Assembly (NCBI GenBank): GCA_963726625.1
Contig: CAVSDA010000020.1
Coordinates: 3,508-67,507 of the forward strand
Origin: an uncultured Actinomycetota bacterium
GTDB lineage: Bacteria > Actinomycetota > Actinomycetes > Propionibacteriales > Propionibacteriaceae
Reading direction: 5' to 3'
Length of the DNA: 64,000 nt
The notes under the pieces were generated by a model, which was not told the DNA's origin, did not search any database, and was given only the letters and a program-made list of their open reading frames with translations. The position numbers and the translations under genes are program-made. This document shows positions 42,274 through 52,672 of this stretch, piece by piece; position 1 is the first letter of the stretch, and every line of letters begins with the position of its first letter.

Positions 42274-42953
42274 TAGACCCGTGCGGCCAGGAAGTCCAGC
42301 ACGCTGGCGAAGAACAGGCGCCCGTCGGTGCTCGGACCGGTGAGCGGGTCCACGTTGTGTTCAGGGTGCGGCATCAAACCGACGACGTTGCCGCGCGGGT
42401 TGCAGATGCCCGCGATGTCGCCGAACGAGCCGTTGGGGTTGCCGTCGACGTAGCGGAAGACCACCTGGTTCCCCCCCTCGAGCCGGGCCAGGGTCTCATC
42501 GTCGGCCACGTAGCGGCCCTCGCCGTTCTTCAGCACGATGTCGATCACCTGGCCTCGGGTGAACGCCCGGGTCCAGGTGGTGTCCGCCGACTCCACCCGC
42601 AGCCGCTGGTCCTTGCAGACGAAGGTGCGTACGTCGTTGCGGATCAGCGCGCCGGGCAGCAGGTGCGCCTCGCACAGGATCTGGAAGCCGTTGCAGATGC
42701 CGAGCACCGGCATGCCGGCCTCGGCCGCCCGGATCACCTCGGCCATCACCGGCGCGAAACGGGAGATCGCTCCGCACCGCAGGTAGTCACCGTAGGAGAA
42801 GCCGCCGGGCAGGATCACCGCCTGCACGCCGTCCAGGGTGTCGCTGCCGTGCCACAGCGACACGGGTTCGCCACCGCCCAGCCGTACGGCGCGGAGCGCG
42901 TCGTGGTCGTCCAGGGAGCCCGGGAAGGTGACGACGCCGATCCTGGGGGCCAT
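42273..42953 (-). CDS. purQ: Phosphoribosylformylglycinamidine synthase glutaminase subunit
   Basis: Own CAGGAGG RBS and ATG; [18 protein letters not shown] and MPHPE motifs. Confidence 0.95.
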   Translation of the reverse strand: MAPRIGVVTFPGSLDDHDALRAVRLGGGEPVSLWHGSDTLDGVQAVILPGGFSYGDYLRCGAISRFAPVMAEVIRAAEAGMPVLGICNGFQILCEAHLLPGALIRNDVRTFVCKDQRLRVESADTTWTRAFTRGQVIDIVLKNGEGRYVADDETLARLEGGNQVVFRYVDGNPNGSFGDIAGICNPRGNVVGLMPHPEHNVDPLTGPSTDGRLFFASVLDFLAARV

Positions 42954-43262
42954 CAGCCCTCCTGGGGCGGGTCGCTGTCGACCTCGGGATCGGAATCGGG
43001 ATCGGAATCCGGAATCGGAGTCGTCCTCGACGCGGACGTGGAAGGTCTCGATCACGGTGTTGGCGAGCAGCGTCTCCGCGGCGCGCCGTACGTCGGCGAG
43101 CCGTTCCTGGGTCAGGTCCCCTTCGACGTCCAACTCGAACCGCTTGCCCTGCCGCACCGACACCCCGGTGAAGCCCAGGCGCGCGAGCGCACCGGTCACC
43201 GCCTTGCCCTGCGGATCCAGGATCTCGGGCTTCGGCATCACGTCGACCACCACTCGCGCCAT
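42953..43262 (-). CDS. purS: Phosphoribosylformylglycinamidine synthase subunit PurS (+1 indel about 43011)
   Basis: [17 protein letters not shown] and LLANTVIE motifs; removing one G gives an acidic tail and TGATG overlap with purQ. Confidence 0.92.
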
Positions 43263-43272
43263 GGCAGGGAGC

Positions 43273-44154
43273 CTATCGGGATCCGAAGCGGTCCCCGGTG
43301 AGCAACTCGTACGCCTCGACGTAGCGGGCGCGGGTCGCGACCACGATCTCGGGCGGCAGGGGGGGCGGCGGCGCCTCCGACGCCCGGTCCCAGCCGGAGT
43401 CGTGGAGCAGCCAGTTCCGGACGAACTGCTTGTCGAAGGAGTCCAGCCGGGCGCCCGGCTGCCACGTCGCGGCGTCCCAGAAACGCGAGGAGTCGGGGGT
43501 GAGCACCTCGTCGGCGAGCACGATCGTGCCGTCGGCCCGCAACCCGAACTCGAGCTTGGTGTCGGCCAGGATCAGCCCGCGGTCGCGCGCGATCTCCTCG
43601 GCGCGGGCGTACACGGCCAGCGTCAGGTCCCGGAGCCGGTCGGCGGTCGCCTCGCCGACGGTACGGGCCACGGTGGCGAAGTCCACGTTCTCGTCGTGAG
43701 CGCCCAGGGGCGCCTTGGTCGCGGGGGTGAAGATCGGCTCCGGCAGCCGGGACCCGTCCGCCAGCCCCTCGGGCAGGCCGATCCCGCATACGGTGCCGCA
43801 GGCCTGGTACTCGATCCAGCCCGAACCCGTCAGGTAGCCACGGGCCACACACTCCACCGGGAGCATCGCGAGCCGCTCGCACACCACCGCACGCCCGGCG
43901 ACCGGCGCGGGCACGTCGTAGGAGACGGCGTGGTGGGGCACAAGGTCGGCGAGCCGGTCGAACCACCAGCGGGAGAGCTGGTTCAACACCACACCCTTGT
44001 CGGGCACCGGGGAATCCAGCACGAAGTCGAACGCACTGATCCGGTCGGTGGCCACCATCAGCAGCCGGTCACCGTCCAGCGCGTACAACTCGCGGACCTT
44101 CCCGGCGTGCAGCAGCGGCAGGTCGAGCACCTGCGCGTAGACCGAACTGCTCAC
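43273..44154 (-). CDS. purC: SAICAR synthetase
   Basis: [35 protein letters not shown] and DKQFVR motifs. Confidence 0.97.
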   Translation of the reverse strand: MSSSVYAQVLDLPLLHAGKVRELYALDGDRLLMVATDRISAFDFVLDSPVPDKGVVLNQLSRWWFDRLADLVPHHAVSYDVPAPVAGRAVVCERLAMLPVECVARGYLTGSGWIEYQACGTVCGIGLPEGLADGSRLPEPIFTPATKAPLGAHDENVDFATVARTVGEATADRLRDLTLAVYARAEEIARDRGLILADTKLEFGLRADGTIVLADEVLTPDSSRFWDAATWQPGARLDSFDKQFVRNWLLHDSGWDRASEAPPPPLPPEIVVATRARYVEAYELLTGDRFGSR

Positions 44155-44164
44155 CTGTTTCCCT

Positions 44165-45011
44165 TCACACGTCCCGACGCACAGTGGACAGCACCCCGAC
44201 GATCGCCGGCGCCAGGCACCAACCCGCCAGCACCAGCGCGCCCTGCCACCAGGCGAAGGGGTGCTGGCCGGCGAACAGTATCGGCGAGGTGATCCCGAGC
44301 ATCGCGTTGGTGGCCCCGCTGGGCATCAGGTTGAGCGGCAGGTCCCACCCCTGCAGGAAGAACACGACCGACGAGGATCGGCTCGACCAGGTAGGCGAAG
44401 CTGATCCCGACCAGCATCGCCACCAGCATGTTCTTGATCAGGATGCCGATGCCCATGCCGATCATCGTCCACAAGGCGATGGAGCAGACGCCCAGCAGCA
44501 GCGAGCGCCAGGTGTCGGCGCGACCGAGGAAGAACTGCCCGTCCTGGGAGAGGATGAAGCCGGCCGCGACGATCATCCCCGCCGCCACACTGGTGGCCCC
44601 GTACAGCAGACCGAAGAGCAGCAGCGACCACGCCTTGCCGAGCAGCACCTTGAGCCGGCGCGGCGTGGCCAGGTAGGTCGCGGCCAGCGTCTGGTGCCGG
44701 TACTCGCTGCCCATCGCGGCGATGCCGACGACCATCGCCAGGATGCGCGACAAGGTGTTGCCGCCGTTGTAGATGCTGCGGGTGATGCCCGGGTCGTCGA
44801 ACGGCGACGGGGCGCCCGCCGCGCCGGCCTCCAGCAACGCGACCGTCGCCGGCAGTGCGGCGTACCCGCCGCCGAGCACGAAGATGCAGAGCCACATGAT
44901 CCACCAGAGCCGCGTCGTGGTGATCTTGCGGAACTCCGCGCGCAGGACCCCGGTCACGCGCGGCGACCGAGGTCTGTCGACCGCACCCCAGGCCTGCGGC
45001 GGTGCGCTCAC
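44165..45011 (-). CDS. ABC-2 type exporter permease (frameshift about 44372)
   Basis: RAEFRKI, GSEYRHQT...TYLATPRR and C-terminal RRDV motifs. Confidence 0.85.
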
Positions 45012-46681
45012 GGCGAACCCTCCAGCATCGAGAAGAACTCCTGCTCGAGGTCTCGGCGCTCGGTGGTGAGCTCGTAGACCACCACGCCGGCGGCGAACAG
45101 GGCTGCACCGACGGCGCCGACGTTGTCGCTGTGTACGCGCAGGTAGGGGCCGTGCTCGTCCTGCGCGGACTCGGCCGCAGCGCCGATGCTGTCGAGGGCC
45201 GCCAAGGCGGTCGGCTCCTCGGAGACGCGGACCCGGGTCGTTCCCGACCCGAGGTTGAGCTCCGACATGGGCATCTGCACCAGCAGCCGGCCGCGATTGA
45301 TCACCACGATGTCGTCGGCGGTCGCCTGGACCTCGTTCAGCAGGTGGGAGGACATGAGGACCGTACGCCCGGTGCCGGCGAAGTCGCGCAGGAAGTTGCG
45401 CAGCCAGCGGATGCCCTCCGGGTCGAGACCGTTGGCGGGCTCGTCCAGGATCAGGTAGTCGGGGTTGCCGAGCAGCGCCGCGGCCAGCGCGAGGCGCTGG
45501 CGCATGCCGAGCGAGTACTCCCCCGCCGGCCGCCGGCCGTCGCGGCCGAGCCCGACGACGGCGAGGATCTCGTCCACGCGGCGGTCGCTCGCACCCGCGG
45601 TCGGCGCCAGCACCCGGAGGTGGTTGCGGCCGCTCCGGCCGGGGTGGAAGTTGGCGTCGAGCACCGCGCCGACGGTCTGCTGTGGTCGGGCCAGCGCGCC
45701 GTACGGGGTGTCCCCGAAGGTCGCGGTGCCCGTCGTGGCGGTGGCGAGCCCGACCAGGATGCGCAAGGTCGTGGTCTTGCCGGCACCGTTGGGGCCGAGG
45801 AAGCCGGTGACCCGACCGGGCTCGACGGTGAAGCTGAGGTTGCGGACCGCGAGCACGCCGTTGTAGCTCTTGATCAGCTTCGAGATCACGATGGGCTCGA
45901 CGTCGTGGCCGACCGTCCAGTTGCGCGGGAGCCGGGGCGGGCTCGGCGGGCTGAGCAGGCGGGCCCATGGCCGGCGGCGGTCGGGACGCGTGCCGGGGTC
46001 GGGACGCGGCCGGGAGGGGGCCGGCTCGGGACGCGTGCCGAGGGGCGCTCGGTGGGGACGGAGCGCAGTCGGCTCGGCTCGGGGGCGGCCTGCGGCCCAG
46101 CCCGGCTCGCCGTGCCCCCTCGGTAGTCGGATCGTTCAAGACTCTGCCCCCCAGCAGCGGTGTGTCCGTGTCCTCCGGATCGATGGGCACATCGAGATCG
46201 AGGTCTCGCCGCCCGATCCTCCTCGGGTTCCGTCGTCCTCGGGTTCGCTCGTCCTCGGGTTCGTCGTCCTCGGGTTCGTCGTCCTCGGGTTCGTCGTCCT
46301 CGAGTTCGTCCTCATCGACGTCGAGGTCCGGACCGAGCGGCAAGGCCGGCAGTGCCCGCCGAGGTCGTACGGGACCGGCCTCGGCGGGGGTGAACCCGCT
46401 CGAGCGCCGCGCAACGTGTTCTTGAGCCTCCCGGTCCTCAGCAGCACGGTTCCGGCCGCACGGTTGTCAACAGCACGGACCTCAACAGCACGGTCCTCGA
46501 CAGCACCGCCCTCGACAGCACCGCCCTCGACAGCACCGCCCTCACCGGGGCCGTTCTCGTAAGCCTCGCGGCGTCCCCGGACCCTGCTGGATCGTGCCGC
46601 GACCCGGGCTCCCGGAGCGTCGTCGCCCGTGGGGTCGGCGTCCTCCGCTCCTTCCAGGAGCGCGCGCCGGGGTCGGGTCAC
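45008..46681 (-). CDS. ABC ATP-binding protein (core 45008-45889), probably with a long low-complexity, frameshifted N-terminal extension
   Basis: GPNGAGKTT, YSLGMRQR and LILDEP motifs; upstream coding-like MTRPRRALLE... and acidic repeat segments; extension is inferred. Confidence 0.7.
46217..46315. repeat. About 6 x 15-bp tandem repeat TCGTCGTCCTCGGGT (EDDEP on the - strand)
   Basis: Directly visible; some units carry indels. Confidence 0.85.
46466..46543. repeat. About 5 x 15-bp tandem repeat CTCGACAGCACCGCC (EGGAV on the - strand)
   Basis: Directly visible, degenerating leftwards. Confidence 0.85.
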
Positions 46682-46884
46682 TCGCCCCAGTCTGCCAAAG
46701 CCGCGGCCCCTGAGGCGAACCTCTCACGCCACCGTGGACGTCCTTCGCCGCCCACTTCCCAGGGAAGCCACGCCTAGGGCCCTGAGGGGGACCCGGACCT
46801 ACCCAGCAGATGGCCGGTTCGGGAGCCGGCGCTGGGTCACAGTAGAAGTACCCATTTCCGCGCAGTTCACGAAAGGACGCCACC

Positions 46885-47076
46885 ATGGCCCTCACTCGCT
46901 CCAGGAACGACCGCATGATCGCGGGCGTGTGCGCCGGAATCGCCCGGCACTTCCACCTCGACCCGGCCGTCGTACGGATCGCCTTCGTGGCCAGCCTGTT
47001 CCTGCCGGGCCCGCAGTTCGTGGTCTACGTCGCGGCCTGGATCCTGATGCCCGAGGAGCAGACCACGCTCGCCTGA
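46885..47076 (+). CDS. pspC: PspC domain protein
   Basis: AAAGGA RBS; LTRSRNDRMIAGVCAGIA and YVAAWILMP motifs. Confidence 0.9.
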   Translation: MALTRSRNDRMIAGVCAGIARHFHLDPAVVRIAFVASLFLPGPQFVVYVAAWILMPEEQTTLA

Positions 47077-47097
47077 CCCCCTCTGCCGGATCCCCTT

Positions 47098-47135
47098 CCA
47101 CACCCCTCGGTCCGCACCGGGGGGTGTGGTGCGTT
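47098..47135 (+). terminator. Intrinsic terminator-like hairpin after pspC
   Basis: 14-bp stem CCACACCCCTCGGT/ACCGGGGGGTGTGG, 4-nt loop, followed by TGCGTT. Confidence 0.7.
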
Positions 47136-47149
47136 CCGGGCCATCCGCC

Positions 47150-48118
47150 TCAGGCGACCGAGTGGTAGAGGGTGCGCACGATGTCCTCGATCGCCGGCTC
47201 CTCCAGGGTCAGGTCCACGACCTCGGTCTGGGCGCTCACCGCCGCGAGCACCCGCGCGGCGGTGGTCTCCCGGGGGCTGAAGGCCAGTCGTTGACGCTGC
47301 CCGTCCAGCTCGCGGCCGATGTTCTCGGCCCCGCTGACGGCGAGATCGGAGTGCGGGCCTGGCAGGTCGACCACCAGCACCCGACGCATCGCCACCCGCG
47401 CGCTGAGCGCAGCCAACGTGCCGTCGAAGACCAGCCGCCCGTGGTCGACCACGAGCACGCGTTCGCACAGCCGCTCGATGTCGCCCATGTCGTGGGTCGT
47501 GAGCAGCAGCGTCGTCCCGTGCTCGGCCCGCTCGGCGACCAGGAAGTGGCGCAGCCGCTCCTTGCTGATCATGTCCAGCCCGATGGTGGGCTCGTCGAGG
47601 ATCAGCAGCCGGGGGCTGTGCACCAGGGCCGCCGCGACCTCTCCGCGCATCCGCTCGCCGAGGGAGAGCTGGCGGACCGGCGTATCCAGCTGGCCGCCGA
47701 GGCCGAGCCGCTCGACCAGGTCGTCGGTGCGCCGTCGTAACGCTGGCGAGGGCAGCCGGTGGATGGCGCCGAGGATGGCGTACGAGTCGCGGAGCGGCAG
47801 GTCCCACCAGAGCTGGCTGCGTTGGCCGAAGACGACGCCGACCTCGCGGGCCAGCCGGCGCCGCTCCGGCACCGGGTCGAAGCCGCAGGTCCGCACCCGG
47901 CCGGAGGTCGGGACCAGGATCCCGGTGAGCATCTTGATGGTGGTCGACTTGCCCGCACCGTTGGCCCCGATGTAGCCGACCGCCTCACCGGCGGCCACGC
48001 CGGCCGTGATGCCGTCGACCGCAGCGACCAGGGTCCGGGCCCGCCGCAGCCCACCCCGGTGGCGCCGGACGACGAACGTCCTGCGCAGGTCGTCGATCTC
48101 GATGATCGGTTCCGCCAT
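47150..48118 (-). CDS. ABC exporter ATP-binding protein
   Basis: GANGAGKST, FGQRSQLWWDLP, LSLGERMR and LDEPTIGLD motifs. Confidence 0.93.
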   Translation of the reverse strand: MAEPIIEIDDLRRTFVVRRHRGGLRRARTLVAAVDGITAGVAAGEAVGYIGANGAGKSTTIKMLTGILVPTSGRVRTCGFDPVPERRRLAREVGVVFGQRSQLWWDLPLRDSYAILGAIHRLPSPALRRRTDDLVERLGLGGQLDTPVRQLSLGERMRGEVAAALVHSPRLLILDEPTIGLDMISKERLRHFLVAERAEHGTTLLLTTHDMGDIERLCERVLVVDHGRLVFDGTLAALSARVAMRRVLVVDLPGPHSDLAVSGAENIGRELDGQRQRLAFSPRETTAARVLAAVSAQTEVVDLTLEEPAIEDIVRTLYHSVA

Positions 48119-48123
48119 GGCCC

Positions 48124-48963
48124 CTACCCTCCGGCTCCGGTGAACTTCCGCACGCCCGTACGCCAGCCCGCGAGGGCGAGCAACCAGGCCCAGGCGGCGA
48201 ACGCGGGCCCACACCAGCCGAGCCAGGCCGGAAGGAACGGCGGGCCGTCCAGGCCGAGGATCACCAGCGCGGGCAGGTAACCGGTCACGGTAGCCGGGAT
48301 GAGGAAGGTGAACAGGAGCCGGACCTGTTTGATCAGAGCGCTGCCCGGCAGCTGGGCCGCGTACGCCCCGCCGTACACGAAGCTCGAGGTGAACTCGGCG
48401 CCGTCGATGAGGAAGAACTGGATGCCGCCGGCGAGGGCGAACAGGGCCCCGAAGATCGCCGCACCGTAGACCGGGGACATGACCAGCAGGTAGATCGTGC
48501 CCGGCGTCCACGCCACGTCCAGCCGCACCAGAACCACCACCAGGATGACGAGGGCGAGCATCCCCCGCCCCAGTCGGCGGAGCTGGAAGTCGGAGAGGAT
48601 CAGCTGCACCATGAGGGGCATCGGCCGCACCAGCAGGGCCTCGAGCCGGCCCAGCCGGATCTGGTCGGGGATGCCGTCGAGCTGCCCGAAGATCAGGTCG
48701 GCCACCGAGAAGCCCAGGTTGGCCAGGGCGAACACCAGCGAGGCCTGCAGCAGCGTCAGTTCCCCGAGGACGGGCACGTTCCAGAGGATCAGGTAGATCT
48801 CAGCGAACTCCAGTGCTCCGATCAGGAACGCGTTGACCACGTCCATCCAGAAGCTCGCCCGGTAGCTGAGCTGGCTGCGCACCCGGGAGGCGAGCAGGGT
48901 CCGGTACGGGGCCAGTGGCGACTCGCCGTGCGTGGTGGCGTCCGTCGCCGACGGGTCAGCCAC
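48124..48963 (-). CDS. ABC-2 (DUF990-type) permease
   Basis: RSQLSYRASF, G.LEALLVRP and C-terminal FTGAGG motifs. Confidence 0.88.
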   Translation of the reverse strand: MADPSATDATTHGESPLAPYRTLLASRVRSQLSYRASFWMDVVNAFLIGALEFAEIYLILWNVPVLGELTLLQASLVFALANLGFSVADLIFGQLDGIPDQIRLGRLEALLVRPMPLMVQLILSDFQLRRLGRGMLALVILVVVLVRLDVAWTPGTIYLLVMSPVYGAAIFGALFALAGGIQFFLIDGAEFTSSFVYGGAYAAQLPGSALIKQVRLLFTFLIPATVTGYLPALVILGLDGPPFLPAWLGWCGPAFAAWAWLLALAGWRTGVRKFTGAGG

Positions 48964-49757
48964 CCTGGACCACCAGTCGCAATGTCGCCCGGCGCTGCAC
49001 CAGGCGGGCGATCGGCGAGCACCACCGCGAGCCAGCCCACCTGCACGATCAGCGCTTCGACGGCCTCCAGGCCGGTCCGCTGACCGGCCAGGATGTCGAT
49101 GGGGATCTGGAAGATGGCCGGCGCCGGCGTCGCGTACGCCAGGGACTGCAGCCACGCCGGGAAGAAGGCGACGGGCAGGTAGAAGCCCGAGAGCAGCCCG
49201 ATCATCACGAAGTAGACGCCCATGAAGCCGCGGATGTCGAGCACCCAGAAGGCGAGCAGGTTCAGCAGGAAGCGGAGCGTGAAACTGATCGAGACAGCGA
49301 CGACCAGGCTGAGCAGACCGAGTGGGTAGACCGTCCACGAGTCCGGCACCGCCAAGCCGATGGTGGCGGCGCCGATCAGGACCGGGAGCACCCCGCGGGC
49401 GAGCAGGACGAATCCGGCCCGGCCGAGGTCGGCGGCCCACCCGGCCAGTTGCAGGTCGATCGGCCGCGCCAGGTCGACGGCGATGTCGCCGCTCTTCACC
49501 CGGTCCGCGAGGTCGGAGGTCGGGAACATGCCGATCGGGGCCAGCAGCGCCTGGCCGAGCCAGACGTAGCTCGACGCCTCCTTGAGGGTGTAGCCGGCGA
49601 GTACGCCGCCGGCGGTACCGATGGCGGTGAGCAGGACGCTGATCCTGATGAAGCCGAAGACGGTGTTGGTGAACACCCCGGCCAGCATGGCCAGCCGGTA
49701 GGTGCTGTACCTGCGGAACTCCGCGGCGACCATCGCGGCATAACCATGCACAACCAC
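48956..49757 (-). CDS. ABC-2 (DUF990-type) permease (frameshift about 49010)
   Basis: FRRYSTYR, YVWLGQ and SGDIAVDLARP motifs; VVQGG* end in the next frame. Confidence 0.85.
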
Positions 49758-49796
49758 CAGACGCTAGGGCGCCTGGCGGCCCGGGTCAACGGGGTT

Positions 49797-51215
49797 TCAG
49801 AGCACCGGCCCAGGCGCGTACGCCGCGGCGTCGGGGTGGGCGGCGCGGACCTCGGCCACCCGAGCCGCCACAGCCGCGACCTGGGCACCGGCGGTCCCGG
49901 CCAGTTCGAGGGGGTCGGCCAGCGCGTCGGCCAGCGCGGAGCGGCTGACGCCGAGTCTGGCGTCGGCGGCCAGCCGGTCGAGCAGGTCGTTGCCGGCCCG
50001 GCCCGTCTCCCGCAGCTCCAGGGCCACGGCGACGGCGTGCTCCTTGATCACCTCGTGCGCGGTTTCCCGGCCGACCCCGTGGCGTACGGCGGCCATCAGC
50101 ACCTTCGTGGTGGCCAGGAAGGGCAGGTAGCGGCGCAGCTCGGCCTCGATCACCGCGGGGAAGGCGCCGAAGTCGTCCAGCACGGTCAAGAAGGTCTGGA
50201 ACAGCCCGTCGACGGCGAAGAACGCATCCGGCAGCGCCACCCGGCGGACCACCGAACAGGAGACGTCGCCCTCGTTCCACTGGTCGCCCGCGAGCTCACC
50301 GAGCATCGAGACGTAGCCGCGGACGACGACCGCCAGTCCGTTGACCCGCTCGCAGGAGCGGGTGTTCATCTTGTGCGGCATCGCGCTGGAGCCGACCTGG
50401 CCCGGCCGGAACCCTTCGGTGACCAACTCGTGCCCGGCCATCAACCGGATGCTGGTGGCGACGTTCGAAGGAGCCGCCGCGACCTGGGCCAGCGCACTGA
50501 CCGCGTCGTAATCCAGCGAGCGGGGGTACACCTGGCCGGTGCTGAGCAGGACCCGCGCGAAGCCGAGGTGCTCGGCCACCCGGCGCTCGAGCTCGTGCAG
50601 CAGCGCCGCGTCGCCGCCGAGCAGATCCAGCATGTCCTGTCCGGTGCCGACCGGACCCTTGATGCCGCGCAGCGGGTAGCGCGCGATGAGGTCGTCGATC
50701 CGCTCGTAGGCGATCAGCAGTTCCTCGGCCGCGGTCGCGAACCGCTTGCCCAGGGTGGTGATCTGCGCGGCGACGTTGTGCGAGCGACCCGCCATGGCCA
50801 GGTCGGCGTACCGGGTCGCCAGCTCGGCGAGCCGGGCCAGCGCCGCCACCGTGCGGTCCCGGACCAGGCGCAGCGAGGACACGATCTGCACCTGTTCGAC
50901 GTTCTCGGTCAGATCCCGCGAGGTCATCCCCTTGTGCACGTGCTCGAAGCCGGCCAGTGCGTTGAACTCCTCGATCCGGGCCTTGACGTCGTGCCGGGTC
51001 ACCTTCTCCCGCTCGGCGATGCCGGCCAGGTCGACCTGGTCCACGACCCGCTCGTACGCCGCGATGACCGCGGCCGGGTCGTCGCCGCCGAAGTCCACCC
51101 CGAGGTCGCGCTGGGCGGCCAGCACGGCGAGCCACAGACGACGTTCGGCCACGATCTTGCTCTCGGCCGACCAGATCGCCCGCAGCTCAGCCGAGGCGTA
51201 CCGGTTGGCGAGCAC
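49797..51215 (-). CDS. purB: Adenylosuccinate lyase (true start possibly about 51310 via an indel)
   Basis: TRHDVKA, HKGMTSRD and SSAMPHKMN motifs. Confidence 0.96.
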   Translation of the reverse strand: MLANRYASAELRAIWSAESKIVAERRLWLAVLAAQRDLGVDFGGDDPAAVIAAYERVVDQVDLAGIAEREKVTRHDVKARIEEFNALAGFEHVHKGMTSRDLTENVEQVQIVSSLRLVRDRTVAALARLAELATRYADLAMAGRSHNVAAQITTLGKRFATAAEELLIAYERIDDLIARYPLRGIKGPVGTGQDMLDLLGGDAALLHELERRVAEHLGFARVLLSTGQVYPRSLDYDAVSALAQVAAAPSNVATSIRLMAGHELVTEGFRPGQVGSSAMPHKMNTRSCERVNGLAVVVRGYVSMLGELAGDQWNEGDVSCSVVRRVALPDAFFAVDGLFQTFLTVLDDFGAFPAVIEAELRRYLPFLATTKVLMAAVRHGVGRETAHEVIKEHAVAVALELRETGRAGNDLLDRLAADARLGVSRSALADALADPLELAGTAGAQVAAVAARVAEVRAAHPDAAAYAPGPVL

Positions 51216-51312
51216 ATTCCCGACCGCCCTGGTACTCAGGTCCGCGGAGGGTGGTCGGGTCCGGGGCGTTGGTTCCGGGGTGGCGTCGCCGTGTCCCGGC
51301 CGGTGCTCATGG

Positions 51313-52581
51313 TCAGACCGCCGTACGCGGACGGGCGGCGGCCTCGGCGATGTCGCTGCGGTAGAACGACCCGTCGAGGCTGATCCGGCTCAGGCCCGCG
51401 TACGCCTGGTCGCGCGCGTCGGCCAGGTCGGCGCCGGTGCCGACCACGGCCAGCACCCGCCCACCGGCGCTGATCAGCCGGCCGTGCTGGTCGACCGCAG
51501 TGCCCGCGTGGACCACGATGGCGCCCTCGCTCTCGGCCAGGTCGAGGCCGCCGATCACCCCGCCGGTACGCGGCGTGCCGGGATAGTTCTCCGCCGCGAG
51601 CACCACGGCCACGGCGGCCCCGCTGCCCCACTCCAGGGGAGGCTGGTCGGCCAGGGTCCCGGTGGCGGCGGCGTACAGCAGCCCGCCGAGAGGTGTCGCC
51701 AGCCGGGCCAGCAGCGCCTGGGTCTCCGGGTCGCCGAAGCGGGCGTTGAACTCGATCACCCGTACGCCGCGGCTGGTCAGCGCGAGCCCGGCGTACAGCA
51801 GGCCGGCGAACGGCGTGCCCCGGCGCGACATCTCCTCCACCGTCGGCACCAGGACCGTGCGGGTCACCTCCTCGACCAGGTCGGGCGGCGCCCACGGCAA
51901 GGGGGTGTACGCCCCCATCCCGCCGGTGTTCGGACCGGTGTCGCCGGCCCCGAGGCGCTTGAAGTCCTGAGCCGGCTGGAGCGGCCGCACGGTGCGCCCG
52001 TCGGTCACCGCGAACAGGCTCACCTCCGGCCCGTCGAGGAACTCCTCGATCACCGCGTGCCGGCAGCGCGTCGCGTGCTCCAGCGCCTCGGCGTAGTCCT
52101 CGGTGACGACCACGCCCTTGCCGGCGGCCAGCCCGTCGTCCTTGACCACGTACGGCGGTCCGAATTCGGCCAGCGCCTGCTCGGCCTCGTCGCGGGAGCT
52201 GCAGACGCGGGCGCGGCCGGTCGGCACCTCGGCCGCGGCCATCACCCCTTTCGCGAAGGCCTTGCTGCCCTCGATCTGCGCGGCCGTGGCCGTCGGTCCG
52301 AAGCAGGCGATCCCGGCGGCGCGTACGTCGTCGGCGACCCCGGCGACCAGGGGCGCCTCAGGTCCGACGATGACCAGATTCACCCCGAGGGCGACGGCGA
52401 GAGCGGCGACCGCGGCGCCGTCCAGTTGATCGATCGCGTGGTTGGTGGCGATGCGCGCGGTGCCCGGACTGCCCGGTGCCACGTGCAGGTCGGTGACCGC
52501 CGGATCACGCCGTAACGCCAGGGCCAGGGCGTGCTCGCGGCCGCCGGATCCGATCACCAGCACGCGCAGGGGCTCCGTCAC
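51313..52581 (-). CDS. purD: Phosphoribosylamine-glycine ligase
   Basis: GSGGREHAL, GLAAGKGV, GPNTGGMGAY and EFNARFGDPE motifs. Confidence 0.97.
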   Translation of the reverse strand: MTEPLRVLVIGSGGREHALALALRRDPAVTDLHVAPGSPGTARIATNHAIDQLDGAAVAALAVALGVNLVIVGPEAPLVAGVADDVRAAGIACFGPTATAAQIEGSKAFAKGVMAAAEVPTGRARVCSSRDEAEQALAEFGPPYVVKDDGLAAGKGVVVTEDYAEALEHATRCRHAVIEEFLDGPEVSLFAVTDGRTVRPLQPAQDFKRLGAGDTGPNTGGMGAYTPLPWAPPDLVEEVTRTVLVPTVEEMSRRGTPFAGLLYAGLALTSRGVRVIEFNARFGDPETQALLARLATPLGGLLYAAATGTLADQPPLEWGSGAAVAVVLAAENYPGTPRTGGVIGGLDLAESEGAIVVHAGTAVDQHGRLISAGGRVLAVVGTGADLADARDQAYAGLSRISLDGSFYRSDIAEAAARPRTAV

Positions 52582-52672
52582 GGGCCGCAAGCCTACGCGG
52601 ACGCGGCCGGTGCACGGTTCACGCGCCAGGGAGCGGCACGGTGCGCGCGGCGGGCCGGTAACGTAATCGTCC

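Noticed and set aside
42273-43262. Apparent PurS-PurQ fusion (329-aa ORF)
   Set aside because: Removing one G in the Ser/Pro-Asp repeat near 43011 restores a purS stop overlapping the purQ ATG (TGATG), and purQ has its own RBS; an indel artefact is more likely
46217-46543. Short repeat arrays as CRISPR
   Set aside because: Contiguous 15-bp units with no spacers and no cas genes; they encode peptide repeats
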